From: Methanopyrus kandleri AV19
GTDB lineage: Archaea; JAADCQ01; Methanopyri; Methanopyrales; Methanopyraceae
NCBI RefSeq assembly: GCF_000007185.1
Contig: NC_003551.1
Coordinates: 570,001-602,000 of the forward strand
Reading direction: 5' to 3'
DNA: 32,000 nt
Shown: positions 9,230 through 20,309 of the stretch, piece after piece
Layout: each line of letters begins with the position of its first letter
How positions within the stretch are numbered: position 1 is the stretch's first letter
Notes under the pieces: model-generated
Database searches by the model: none
What the model saw: only the letters and a program-made list of their open reading frames with translations
What the model was told of the DNA's origin: nothing
Translations under genes and position numbers: made by a program

Positions 9230-10800
9230 CGACCGAACACCCGCCGCAGGCTGGCTTCCAATATCTCGCACCGATTCGACCCTACCGCACCGCAGTACCC
9301 ACAACCTGGACACTCCCGACGGAAACCTCGAGCCGCCTCCTCCGGGGGAACCTCCCGCCACCGCCCGAGAACGCGCTCTCCCCACCGTAGCGACTCCTCG
9401 CTGGCGACCTTCCGGATCTCGCCCTCGGGACGTAACCACCTCCAAACGTGATACCGGAGCCAATCGCGCGGCAACCCGTGCCTCTCGCGGTATCGCTCGA
9501 GCGTTTCCATCCACCCCTCCCAAAGTTCGGGATGTACGCGCTCCGATAGCCTGAAGTCCCCGACTTTGCTCGCCGGGCACATGTAACACCCTATTCTGTC
9601 GAACCCCTCATCGTAAAGCGGGTTGTACGGTAAATCCTTGGAGTGCACGCACAACCAGACGTCCAGGGACGACCAATCGAAGATAGGGGCCACGTTCACC
9701 TGTCCCGGCACCGCGTCGCTGTCCCACACCCTACCCCGCTCGGATCGGGCCTCGGACTCGTACCTTCGGACGCCCACCAGCGTGTAACACCCTCGGCCGA
9801 ACTCGGAGCGAACGTACCTCGTAACAGGGGTGAGCTTCGCGGCCAGCGTGCACCACCTGTTATCTCGAGAAGGAGGTAGTAGAGCTTCCGTCACCCGGTG
9901 GAATATCTCCGGGTCCCCTTCGACTATTTCCACGTCGATACCCACGGCCTCGGCGGCCCGGTCCGCTGCCTCCACGGTCTCCGGCAACTCCATACCCGTG
10001 TCCACGAAGAGCGCGCGCTCCACCCCCGCCTCCGCGGCCACCACTAAGGTGACCAGACTGTCCTTGCCGCCCGAGAAGGAGGCGAAGGTCCGGGACGGGC
10101 TCACGTTCTCCCGGGCGAACGTCACCGCCTCCTCCAGCCGTTCCGAAACGTACTCCTCGTGCGCCCGCGCCACGTCCTCGAAGTCCCTGCCGCGGAAGTA
10201 CGTTGGAGACCCCTCTACGGCACCTCTCACCTCCACGGCCAGTCCGCGGTTCCGGCGGACCATTTCGTCCCCCGACATCCTGGCCCGACCGAAGGCCACC
10301 GGGCGACCCCCGTGTTCGATCACCACCCACTCACCGGGCTCGACGTCGTCCGCGGACGTCACGCCCGGCGCGAACAGGTTCTTCCCCTCCCTCACCGCCT
10401 CCGCGGCCCCACGGTCCACCTCGATCGATTTCCCGCCCAACTCGTGGAGACGCCGCGCCCCCTCCGGCTTGAGCACGATCGTCCAACGGTCCTTCCGTAA
10501 GTCGTACCGCAGCGCCAGTACCGGCTCGGCGGCGACGATCTCGTCCAGGTAATCGAGATCAGGCGCACGATTCGCGAGGAGCAGCTCGTCGTCACGCACG
10601 AGATCGGCCGGTAATCCCTCCTCCACCAAAACCTCACGGATGAACTCCAAGTAGCCGGGGCCTACCGGTCGGAGCTCCGCCGGAGGGGTCACGCGTAGCG
10701 GGTCCGTACCTTCACCACACTCCGGACACCGACGCAGCGGCGTGACGAGCTCGCACTCCTGGCACACGTAGGCGGGGGCCTTACCCGGGAGCTTCTCCAT
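9226..10800 (-). CDS. PUA-domain, PAPS-reductase/PP-loop ATPase family protein with N-terminal zinc ribbon and C-terminal Cys cluster
   Basis: CQECELVTPLRRCPECG; PUA-like VTSADDVEPGEWVVIEHGGRPVAFGRARM; PP-loop FASFSGGKDSLVTLVVAAEAG; RDNRWCTLAAKLTPV; IGCYMCPASK; CPGCGYCGAVGSNRC. Confidence 0.85.
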   Translation of the reverse strand: MEKLPGKAPAYVCQECELVTPLRRCPECGEGTDPLRVTPPAELRPVGPGYLEFIREVLVEEGLPADLVRDDELLLANRAPDLDYLDEIVAAEPVLALRYDLRKDRWTIVLKPEGARRLHELGGKSIEVDRGAAEAVREGKNLFAPGVTSADDVEPGEWVVIEHGGRPVAFGRARMSGDEMVRRNRGLAVEVRGAVEGSPTYFRGRDFEDVARAHEEYVSERLEEAVTFARENVSPSRTFASFSGGKDSLVTLVVAAEAGVERALFVDTGMELPETVEAADRAAEAVGIDVEIVEGDPEIFHRVTEALLPPSRDNRWCTLAAKLTPVTRYVRSEFGRGCYTLVGVRRYESEARSERGRVWDSDAVPGQVNVAPIFDWSSLDVWLCVHSKDLPYNPLYDEGFDRIGCYMCPASKVGDFRLSERVHPELWEGWMETLERYRERHGLPRDWLRYHVWRWLRPEGEIRKVASEESLRWGERVLGRWREVPPEEAARGFRRECPGCGYCGAVGSNRCEILEASLRRVFGR

Positions 10801-12349
10801 CCCAGTACCCCCGGTAGACCTCCGCGAACCCCTCCACGCCCAGCCGGTTGACCGCCGCCTCGGTCGCGCGCAGGGCCCGCTCGATCCTCCCGCGCCACGT
10901 GCCCTCCAGGCGCTCGGCGGCCGCGAGCTCCGCCCGCAGTCGATCCAAGGTCACTTCCAGTCGTCCGGGATCGGTGGACCCCTCCACGGGGCGCCGGAGC
11001 GTCCTCTTCAGACTCAGGACTTCGCGGACCTCCTCGACCCGCAGCTTCACCCCTTCCCGTTCGAGCTCCTCGACCACCCGATCCGCCCGCTCGGGGCTCA
11101 TGGGAACTCCTTCGCGGTCCAGCCGCGCCGAGACCCTGCCCACGACCTTGTGCGCCTCCCGGAACGTCAGTCCCGCCCGCTCCGCCACGAGCTCCGCCAG
11201 GTCGACGGCGGCCGCGTGCGATCCCAGGACGGTACCCCGGGCCGCCTCCTCGTCCACGTCCAGTCCCTCGACCACCTTACGGAGCACCCGCACGCACAGC
11301 TCGAACCGGTTCACCGAGTCCCATAGCAGGCCGTTCAACACCTGGAGGTCCCGGTTGTAGAACATCGGAAGCTTACCGTGGACGGCGTCCCCGAGCCCCT
11401 TCAGTCCCGCGACTACGGTCAGCTCGGCCCGGACGAGCTCCAGCGCGTCCGGGTTCTTCTTGTGCGGCATCACCGAGCTCGTCGACGACAGCTCGTCCGG
11501 GGGCTCCACCACCCCGAGCTCGTCGGAGCACAGCTGTATCAGGTCCCCGGCCAACCTGGTCAGCTCCGAGGCCGCGGTGGCCAGTCTCCCGAGGAACTCC
11601 AGGATCGGTCCCCTCAACGCCGTGGCCTCACCGCAGTGCCGCGCCGGTTTCCGGAAGCCCAGCAACGCGGCCTCCCGGTGCCTGTCCACAGGAACCGTCG
11701 ATCCCGGGAACGCGGAGCACCCCAGCGGGCACTCGTCCATCCCCGGGACCCTGAGCAACCCCCGGGCGGAACGCGCGACCGCCGCCGCGTAGGTGGACAT
11801 CCAGAACCCGATCGTGCACGGCTGCGCCCGCTTCAGGTGCGTGTACCCGGCGATCGGTACCTCGGCGTGCTCCCGGGCCAGGTCCAGCAGCGCCCTCCCG
11901 AGCCCGACCAGCTCGCGCGACAGGTCCAGCGCGCGCTCCCTCAGCCGCATCCGCACGCTCGTCGCCACCTGGTCGTTCCTGCTCCTGCCGAGCTGCAGCC
12001 ATCCGGCTTCCTCGCCGACCACTTCGTGTAGCCTCGACTCTATGGCCTCGTGGACGTCCTCGGCGTCCTCGGGCAGCCGGTCGGGACCTTCCTCGAGAAC
12101 CGTTACGAGACCCTCAACGATTCCCGCCGCGGTTGAGCGATCTATCCTCCCGGCCTCCCACAGTGACACCGCGTGGACCACCGAGTTCCACACGTCGCAG
12201 TGGAAGATCTCCCGGTCCTGCTCCAGCGACGATGACAATTCCGCGAAGTCCGGGTCGCGGCCGCCGGAGACGCGACCGCCCCGGTAGGACGGTCTCCCCA
12301 GTGCCAATCTCGTCACACCCACAGGGTCGGTGGGGGTAACTCCGGTCAT
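10781..12349 (-). CDS. argH: Argininosuccinate lyase
   Basis: HEAIESRLHEVVG, LGRSRNDQVATSVRM, GYTHLKRAQP, SSTSSVMPHKKNPDALELVRA. Start at MTGVTPT (12349) preferred over 12388. Confidence 0.9.
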   Translation of the reverse strand: MTGVTPTDPVGVTRLALGRPSYRGGRVSGGRDPDFAELSSSLEQDREIFHCDVWNSVVHAVSLWEAGRIDRSTAAGIVEGLVTVLEEGPDRLPEDAEDVHEAIESRLHEVVGEEAGWLQLGRSRNDQVATSVRMRLRERALDLSRELVGLGRALLDLAREHAEVPIAGYTHLKRAQPCTIGFWMSTYAAAVARSARGLLRVPGMDECPLGCSAFPGSTVPVDRHREAALLGFRKPARHCGEATALRGPILEFLGRLATAASELTRLAGDLIQLCSDELGVVEPPDELSSTSSVMPHKKNPDALELVRAELTVVAGLKGLGDAVHGKLPMFYNRDLQVLNGLLWDSVNRFELCVRVLRKVVEGLDVDEEAARGTVLGSHAAAVDLAELVAERAGLTFREAHKVVGRVSARLDREGVPMSPERADRVVEELEREGVKLRVEEVREVLSLKRTLRRPVEGSTDPGRLEVTLDRLRAELAAAERLEGTWRGRIERALRATEAAVNRLGVEGFAEVYRGYWDGEAPG

Positions 12350-12470
12350 CCCGGGGGGATGGGCACATACGTCGCGGCTGACGTGCACGTCGTTCCCCTA
12401 CGGTTAAAAGGTAACCGGTCAGGCTGCGCCGCGTAGCCGTGAGCGGGGGGAAACGACACTGATATTCCCG

Positions 12471-13118
12471 ATGGCACTCCTCCTCACGCTGATCCTCGCA
12501 TTGGGCTTCACAAGTCTCCCGCTCAACGCCCCACCTCATCTCAGCGCGGACGTGCCCGACACGTACCCCTGGGTCGGTGTGTACCCACCGGACGTGGAGG
12601 TCACGTACGTCAACAACTGGGACCCGAACCTCAACCCGGAACACATCGAGGACTGGAAGTGCATCGCCAGGGAAATCCTCGGTGACCCGAAGTCCTGGTG
12701 GGAGCAGTACACCGCCGGCACACCGCTGGACGAGCTCGTCTACGAGGCCGCCAAGAAGATAGAGTACTGGGTGTCACCCTACGACGACGTCGACCCGCAC
12801 GGCATCAAGTACCGGTACTACTACAACACGAGATACGGCGCCTGGAAGACACTGCAGCTCGGTCGTGGTAACTGCTGCGACCACGCCCACGTCATGGTCG
12901 CCCTGTGCAGGGCGTCCGGCATCGCCATCAGGTACCGTCACGAGGTCACCCGGTTCCCGTGCTGGGGCACGTGCGACCACGTCTGCGTCGAGGTGGGACT
13001 GCCCGAGAACGTCGTCGACGGTAAGTCCCAGGACGTGAAGTGGGTCCGCATGGACCCCACCAACCCCAACTCGCAGTGCGTCCGGCTGAAGGCCACGTAC
13101 CCGAACCTCCCCTTCTAA
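12471..13118 (+). CDS. Secreted transglutaminase-like (papain-fold) cysteine peptidase family protein
   Basis: N-terminal hydrophobic signal ALLLTLILALGFTSLPL; catalytic-like GRGNCCDHAHVMVALCRASGIAIRYRH...DHVCVEVGL...WVRMDPTN. Confidence 0.75.
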   Translation: MALLLTLILALGFTSLPLNAPPHLSADVPDTYPWVGVYPPDVEVTYVNNWDPNLNPEHIEDWKCIAREILGDPKSWWEQYTAGTPLDELVYEAAKKIEYWVSPYDDVDPHGIKYRYYYNTRYGAWKTLQLGRGNCCDHAHVMVALCRASGIAIRYRHEVTRFPCWGTCDHVCVEVGLPENVVDGKSQDVKWVRMDPTNPNSQCVRLKATYPNLPF

Positions 13119-13202
13119 CCCACACCCGTTGAACCGAAACGGCGATAAACCCGGGTGACCCATCACCGGGCCCGCGAGAGCGGGTCGGCGTGGGCGATGT
13201 AG

Positions 13203-13934
13203 TTGACGTTCGTCACACCACGGGTCTCCCCGACGGAGTCGGACATCGAGGTCGGGTCGTGGAAGGAGATCGAGGAGATCGTATCCTCCCTGAGCTCCGG
13301 ACTAGTTCGTATCACCACCCGCGATCACGAGGACATCTACGACTGTTTCTTCATCGTCGAAGGAGGCGCCGTGGTAGGGGCCTACCTGGGACGTATCCGC
13401 GCCGAGGAGCTCTCGGCCGAAGAGGCCGTTCGGGCCATCCGCGACGTGGTGGATTCCGTCGGCTTCGCGCTCCTCGACGTGTACGAGCTCGAGCCGGAGC
13501 TCCTGGAGCTAATCAAACGCGTGAACGACGAGTGCCTGCTCAAAGAACCCTTCACACCTACCGAGGTCGAGGAAGCCGCACCCGAGGTTGAGGAGCCCGA
13601 GCGGGATGAGCTCCTGGAGAAGTTGGGTGTCGATCTCGACGCGATCTACGAATCCGTGGAGGCCGTGCTCGAGGACTACTTCGAGGAGGAGGATCCCTTC
13701 GAGGAGTTCAAGCGCATGCTCCGGGCCCTCGGGACCCAGGACGCCCGCGTGTACCTGCGCGTGAAGGTACCCGAAGGTGTCGATGAGAGGATGCTCGAGG
13801 AAGTCCGACGCGACCTCGAACACGCCCTGTCCGAGTTCTCGATCGACGGCGTCGAGATCACCCCATCACTTAAGGAGAAGGAGACGGTCACCCTCCGCAT
13901 CCGCGACATCATGAAACGCATCCGGGGCGGATAG
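13203..13934 (+). CDS. Conserved acidic hypothetical protein upstream of mch
   Basis: 243 aa ORF with TTG start, highly acidic, nearly abutting mch. Confidence 0.65.
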   Translation: MTFVTPRVSPTESDIEVGSWKEIEEIVSSLSSGLVRITTRDHEDIYDCFFIVEGGAVVGAYLGRIRAEELSAEEAVRAIRDVVDSVGFALLDVYELEPELLELIKRVNDECLLKEPFTPTEVEEAAPEVEEPERDELLEKLGVDLDAIYESVEAVLEDYFEEEDPFEEFKRMLRALGTQDARVYLRVKVPEGVDERMLEEVRRDLEHALSEFSIDGVEITPSLKEKETVTLRIRDIMKRIRGG

Positions 13935-13937
13935 CCC

Positions 13938-14888
13938 TTGGTGAGCGTGAACGAGAACGCCCTGCCCCTGGTGGAGCGGATGATCGAGCGCGCCGAGCTC
14001 CTGAACGTCGAGGTCCAGGAGCTCGAGAACGGAACCACCGTGATCGACTGCGGTGTCGAGGCCGCCGGAGGGTTCGAGGCCGGTCTCCTCTTCTCCGAAG
14101 TGTGCATGGGCGGCCTGGCCACCGTCGAGCTGACGGAGTTCGAGCACGATGGTCTGTGCCTGCCCGCCGTGCAGGTGACCACGGACCACCCGGCGGTGTC
14201 CACGCTCGCCGCCCAGAAGGCAGGGTGGCAGGTCCAGGTAGGCGACTACTTCGCCATGGGCTCCGGACCCGCCCGAGCCCTGGCGCTCAAGCCGAAGGAG
14301 ACCTACGAGGAGATCGACTACGAGGACGACGCCGACGTCGCCATCCTGTGCCTGGAGTCCTCCGAGCTGCCGGATGAGGACGTCGCCGAGCACGTGGCGG
14401 ACGAGTGTGGAGTGGACCCCGAGAACCTCTACCTCCTCGTGGCTCCGACCGCGTCGATCGTGGGTTCCGTCCAGGTGTCCGCCCGCGTGGTCGAGACGGG
14501 ACTGTACAAGCTCCTCGAGGTCCTCGAGTACGACGTGACCCGCGTGAAGTACGCGACCGGAACGGCGCCCATCGCGCCCGTCGCCGATGACGACGGTGAG
14601 GCCATGGGACGTACTAACGACTGCATCCTCTACGGTGGAACCGTGTACCTGTACGTCGAGGGTGACGACGAGCTACCGGAGGTCGTCGAGGAGCTCCCCT
14701 CCGAGGCCAGCGAGGACTACGGGAAGCCCTTCATGAAGATCTTCGAGGAGGCGGACTACGACTTCTACAAGATCGACCCCGGCGTGTTCGCACCCGCGCG
14801 GGTGGTCGTCAACGACCTGTCAACCGGCAAGACGTACACGGCGGGCGAGATCAACGTGGACGTGCTGAAGGAGTCGTTCGGCCTCTAA
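13938..14888 (+). CDS. mch: Methenyltetrahydromethanopterin cyclohydrolase
   Basis: [68 protein letters not shown]; GTG start. Confidence 0.95.
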
Positions 14889-14969
14889 TTCCCTCCCCAC
14901 CGTCCCTAACGTTACGTGGTCCATTACGTAAACGTTATAGTCGAGTACCGTCGGGAACGGCACAGGCGC

Positions 14970-15046
14970 GGGCCCGCAGTTCAGCCCGGCAGAACGCCGG
15001 CCTTACGAGCCGGTGGTCCCGGGTTCAAATCCCGGCGGGCCCACCA
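14970..15046 (+). tRNA. tRNA-Val(UAC), CCA encoded, C at position 8
   Basis: Acceptor GGGCCCG/CGGGCCC, D-stem GTTC/GAAC, anticodon stem CCGGC/GCCGG with loop CTTACGA, T-stem CCGGG/CCCGG with loop TTCAAAT, then ACCA. Position 8 is C. Confidence 0.93.
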
Positions 15047-15127
15047 CCACTAATTGTCACGTGTCTCACAACGTTTTCCAAGAGTGTGGAGGGCCGGATC
15101 TCGCCTTAGCCCCTCTTTCAGGGGTGA

Positions 15128-15143
15128 GAAAATTTAATATATG
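15128..15143 (+). promoter_or_regulatory. Candidate TATA/BRE promoter for the 23S rRNA
   Basis: AAAATTTAATATATG is an isolated A/T tract in GC-rich DNA, downstream of tRNA-Val and upstream of the 23S leader. Confidence 0.6.
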
Positions 15144-15242
15144 ACCCCCCCCGCACGGGGGAGTGGCCGCGGAGGATGGGACCCCGGGTAACCCCTGGGG
15201 GGAAGACCCCCAGGGGCCCGGGGTCGACACAAGCCCCCCGAC

Positions 15243-18398
<3,156 letters not shown>

Positions 18399-18696
18399 TG
18401 GCCTAAGAAGGCGCTAGTCCAAGGAGGCTCTCGGAGATCGGCTTGTGGAGTCCTCGGTCGCTGTGGTCCGGATGGTCAGTCGCCTCGGTATCGAATGCTT
18501 AGGCCGGTCGCGTGAATCGTTATGAATTTCGTAACATTATTTTTCCAGATATCGAGTTAACTGTTCAGTCCGAAACTAATGTTTTCCTATTTTCCAGACA
18601 GATGTGTTGGAAATGTGAACACATATAACTTATGAATTCGGACATGATTGCGGTTCCCACCTAAACGAGTTCCCCAGAGACCCGGGGGAATCACCC

Positions 18697-19611
18697 ATGG
18701 CTCTTTGGCTGGATGTCCCCGTAGCTCCGACCGATTCGTTCTACCGGAAGTTGTTCGAGGCCGTGTGGCGAATCCTTGGGGACCGGGCCCGTGGGATAGC
18801 TTCGGAGCGGCTTCCAGCCCTCCGTCGCTGCTACACGGTGTCGCCCGACTCCAGCACGTTCCTCTCCGAGAACGTGCCCGGCGTTCGACTGTTAGACGAG
18901 TTCAGGCCCGGTGAGCTCCTGGAGGAGATCCTTTCGGAGACTGTATCGGGTGAGCTCGGCCGCCGGTTCTGGGGCTCGCTGGTGGTCAGCGTGGTAGAGC
19001 GGGGTGACGTCGCCGGTCTGGAAGCTATGAAGAGGTCGATCGAGGCCCTGAGGGCGGTCGACGTGACGCCCTGGTTGGACGCGCTCGCGCTGGACGTGCT
19101 GGTGGCCCTGGCGGAGGACGTCGGTGAGGACATCCTCGGGGATTCGCTCCAGCTGGTCGCCGAGAGACTCGACGTCGACGAGGACGGGGTGCTTCGTGTC
19201 TCTCCGTTAGCGTTGGAGTTCGCGGGGTACTGCTTCGAGATGATCCTGCTGGGCTACGTGGTGGCGTATCGGAAGCCCGAGGAAATCGAGGTGGTTTCCT
19301 GTGACGTCTTCGCGGTGGAGGACGTACGACGGGATATCGAGCGGAGGATCTCGGAGGTCAAGTCCGGGGACCTGGAGCTGGCGGCCGAGGTGATCGAGGA
19401 GGTCTTGGCGCCGTATCTACGGGTGGTCACCGACGTTAGGGGTTACCTGGAGGAGGCCCGGTCGATGGACCCCTCCATCGCGCTGGAGGTCGACGGGTTC
19501 TCGGTATCGATCGCTCCCAAGGAGCTCGATCCGGAGTGGGACAGGCACGTCCAGGAGGCGATCGAGAAGCTGACGGGTTCGGGTGGCAAAGCCCGAAGGG
19601 TTTTTAATTGA
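18697..19611 (+). CDS. Hypothetical protein, 304 aa
   Basis: Long ATG-initiated ORF with acidic helical composition; upstream A/T-rich promoter region; no family recognised. Confidence 0.75.
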   Translation: MALWLDVPVAPTDSFYRKLFEAVWRILGDRARGIASERLPALRRCYTVSPDSSTFLSENVPGVRLLDEFRPGELLEEILSETVSGELGRRFWGSLVVSVVERGDVAGLEAMKRSIEALRAVDVTPWLDALALDVLVALAEDVGEDILGDSLQLVAERLDVDEDGVLRVSPLALEFAGYCFEMILLGYVVAYRKPEEIEVVSCDVFAVEDVRRDIERRISEVKSGDLELAAEVIEEVLAPYLRVVTDVRGYLEEARSMDPSIALEVDGFSVSIAPKELDPEWDRHVQEAIEKLTGSGGKARRVFN

Positions 19612-19640
19612 GCCGGGGTCGCCGATCACTGGACGCGCCC

Positions 19641-19730
19641 GCGGGGGCGCCCGAGCCTGGTCAAAGGGGCGGGAATGAGGATCCCGTGGCCGTAGGGCCG
19701 TCCCGGGTTCAAATCCCGGCCCCCGCACCA
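19641..19730 (+). tRNA. tRNA-Leu(GAG), CCA encoded, C at position 8
   Basis: Acceptor GCGGGGG/CCCCCGC, anticodon stem CGGGA/TCCCG with loop ATGAGGA, long variable arm GGCC-GTAG-GGCC, T-arm CCGGG TTCAAAT CCCGG, ACCA. Confidence 0.93.
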
Positions 19731-19779
19731 AGCGGGAATCGTTATGGGAGTGATAACGTTCCTCCGACGGCGGCTCGGA

Positions 19780-19814
19780 CCCGGGGGTCCCCTCCTTGCG
19801 GGGTTCCCCCCGGG
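19780..19814 (-). promoter_or_regulatory. Archaeal SECIS element in the 3'UTR of the MvhD/VhuD-type selenoprotein
   Basis: Minus strand CCCGGGGG-GAA-CCCC-GCAAGGA-GGGG-A-CCCCCGGG: lower stem, asymmetric GAA/A internal loop, 4-bp GC stem and apical loop as in archaeal SECIS; lies 19 nt after the stop codon. Confidence 0.93.
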
Positions 19815-19833
19815 CGTCATCCCGCCGGCACGT

Positions 19834-20232
19834 TCAGGCGAGCGGGCCCAGTTCCTTCGCCCGCTCGTGCATCTCCTTGACGGCGGCGACGAACTTGTCG
19901 GCTTCCGCGGAGGACATGAAGTATATCTCGACGCGCTCCGGCTCGATGCCGAGCTCCTCTAGCAGCTTCTTGGCCGCCTGCACCCGGCGCTCGCACTTGA
20001 GATTACCGTCCTCGTAGCTGCACTCTCCCTTCTTTCATCCGGCGACGAAAACCGTCCACGCGCCCTTGGCGAGCGCCGTCAGGATGTGTTCGATGCCGAC
20101 GCGGCCCGTGCACGGTACCCTCACGATCCTGACGCTGCTGGGGTACTGGGCCCTTCCGGTACCCGCTAGGTCCGCCGCACCGTAGCCTCACTCGTAACAG
20201 CAGAAGGCCACGACGACCGACTCCTCGGACAT
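19834..20232 (-). CDS. vhuD: F420-non-reducing hydrogenase iron-sulfur subunit D (MvhD/VhuD family) selenoprotein with two Sec (UGA) codons
   Basis: Reading through TGA at 20190-20188 and 20037-20035: MSEESVVVAFCCYE-U-GYGAADLAGTGRAQYPSSVRIVRVPCTGRVGIEHILTALAKGAWTVFVAG-U-KKGECSYEDGNLKCERRVQAAKKLLEELGIEPERVEIYFMSSAEADKFVAAVKEMHERAKELGPLA. Upstream in-frame ATG at 20238 is possible; SD-like GGTGAT precedes 20232. Confidence 0.93.
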
Positions 20233-20309
20233 GGTCATCACCCGATCGTGCACCGCTCCGTCCGTTTTAAATCGGTTACCATCCCGAGGGGTCGATCGGG
20301 GAGATCCAC

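Noticed and set aside
12114-12644. 176-aa minus-strand ORF over the argH start and the transglutaminase-like gene
   Set aside because: Arg-rich, conflicts with two well-supported genes.
18399-18640. 5S rRNA after the 23S
   Set aside because: No match to conserved 5S sequence (ACCCGNACCCAUYCCGAAC) or its fold in this interval.
20003-20191. 62-aa minus-strand ORF and other short ORFs over 19834..20238
   Set aside because: These are alternative frames of the Sec-containing MvhD/VhuD-type gene, which explains the region fully once the TGA codons are read as Sec.
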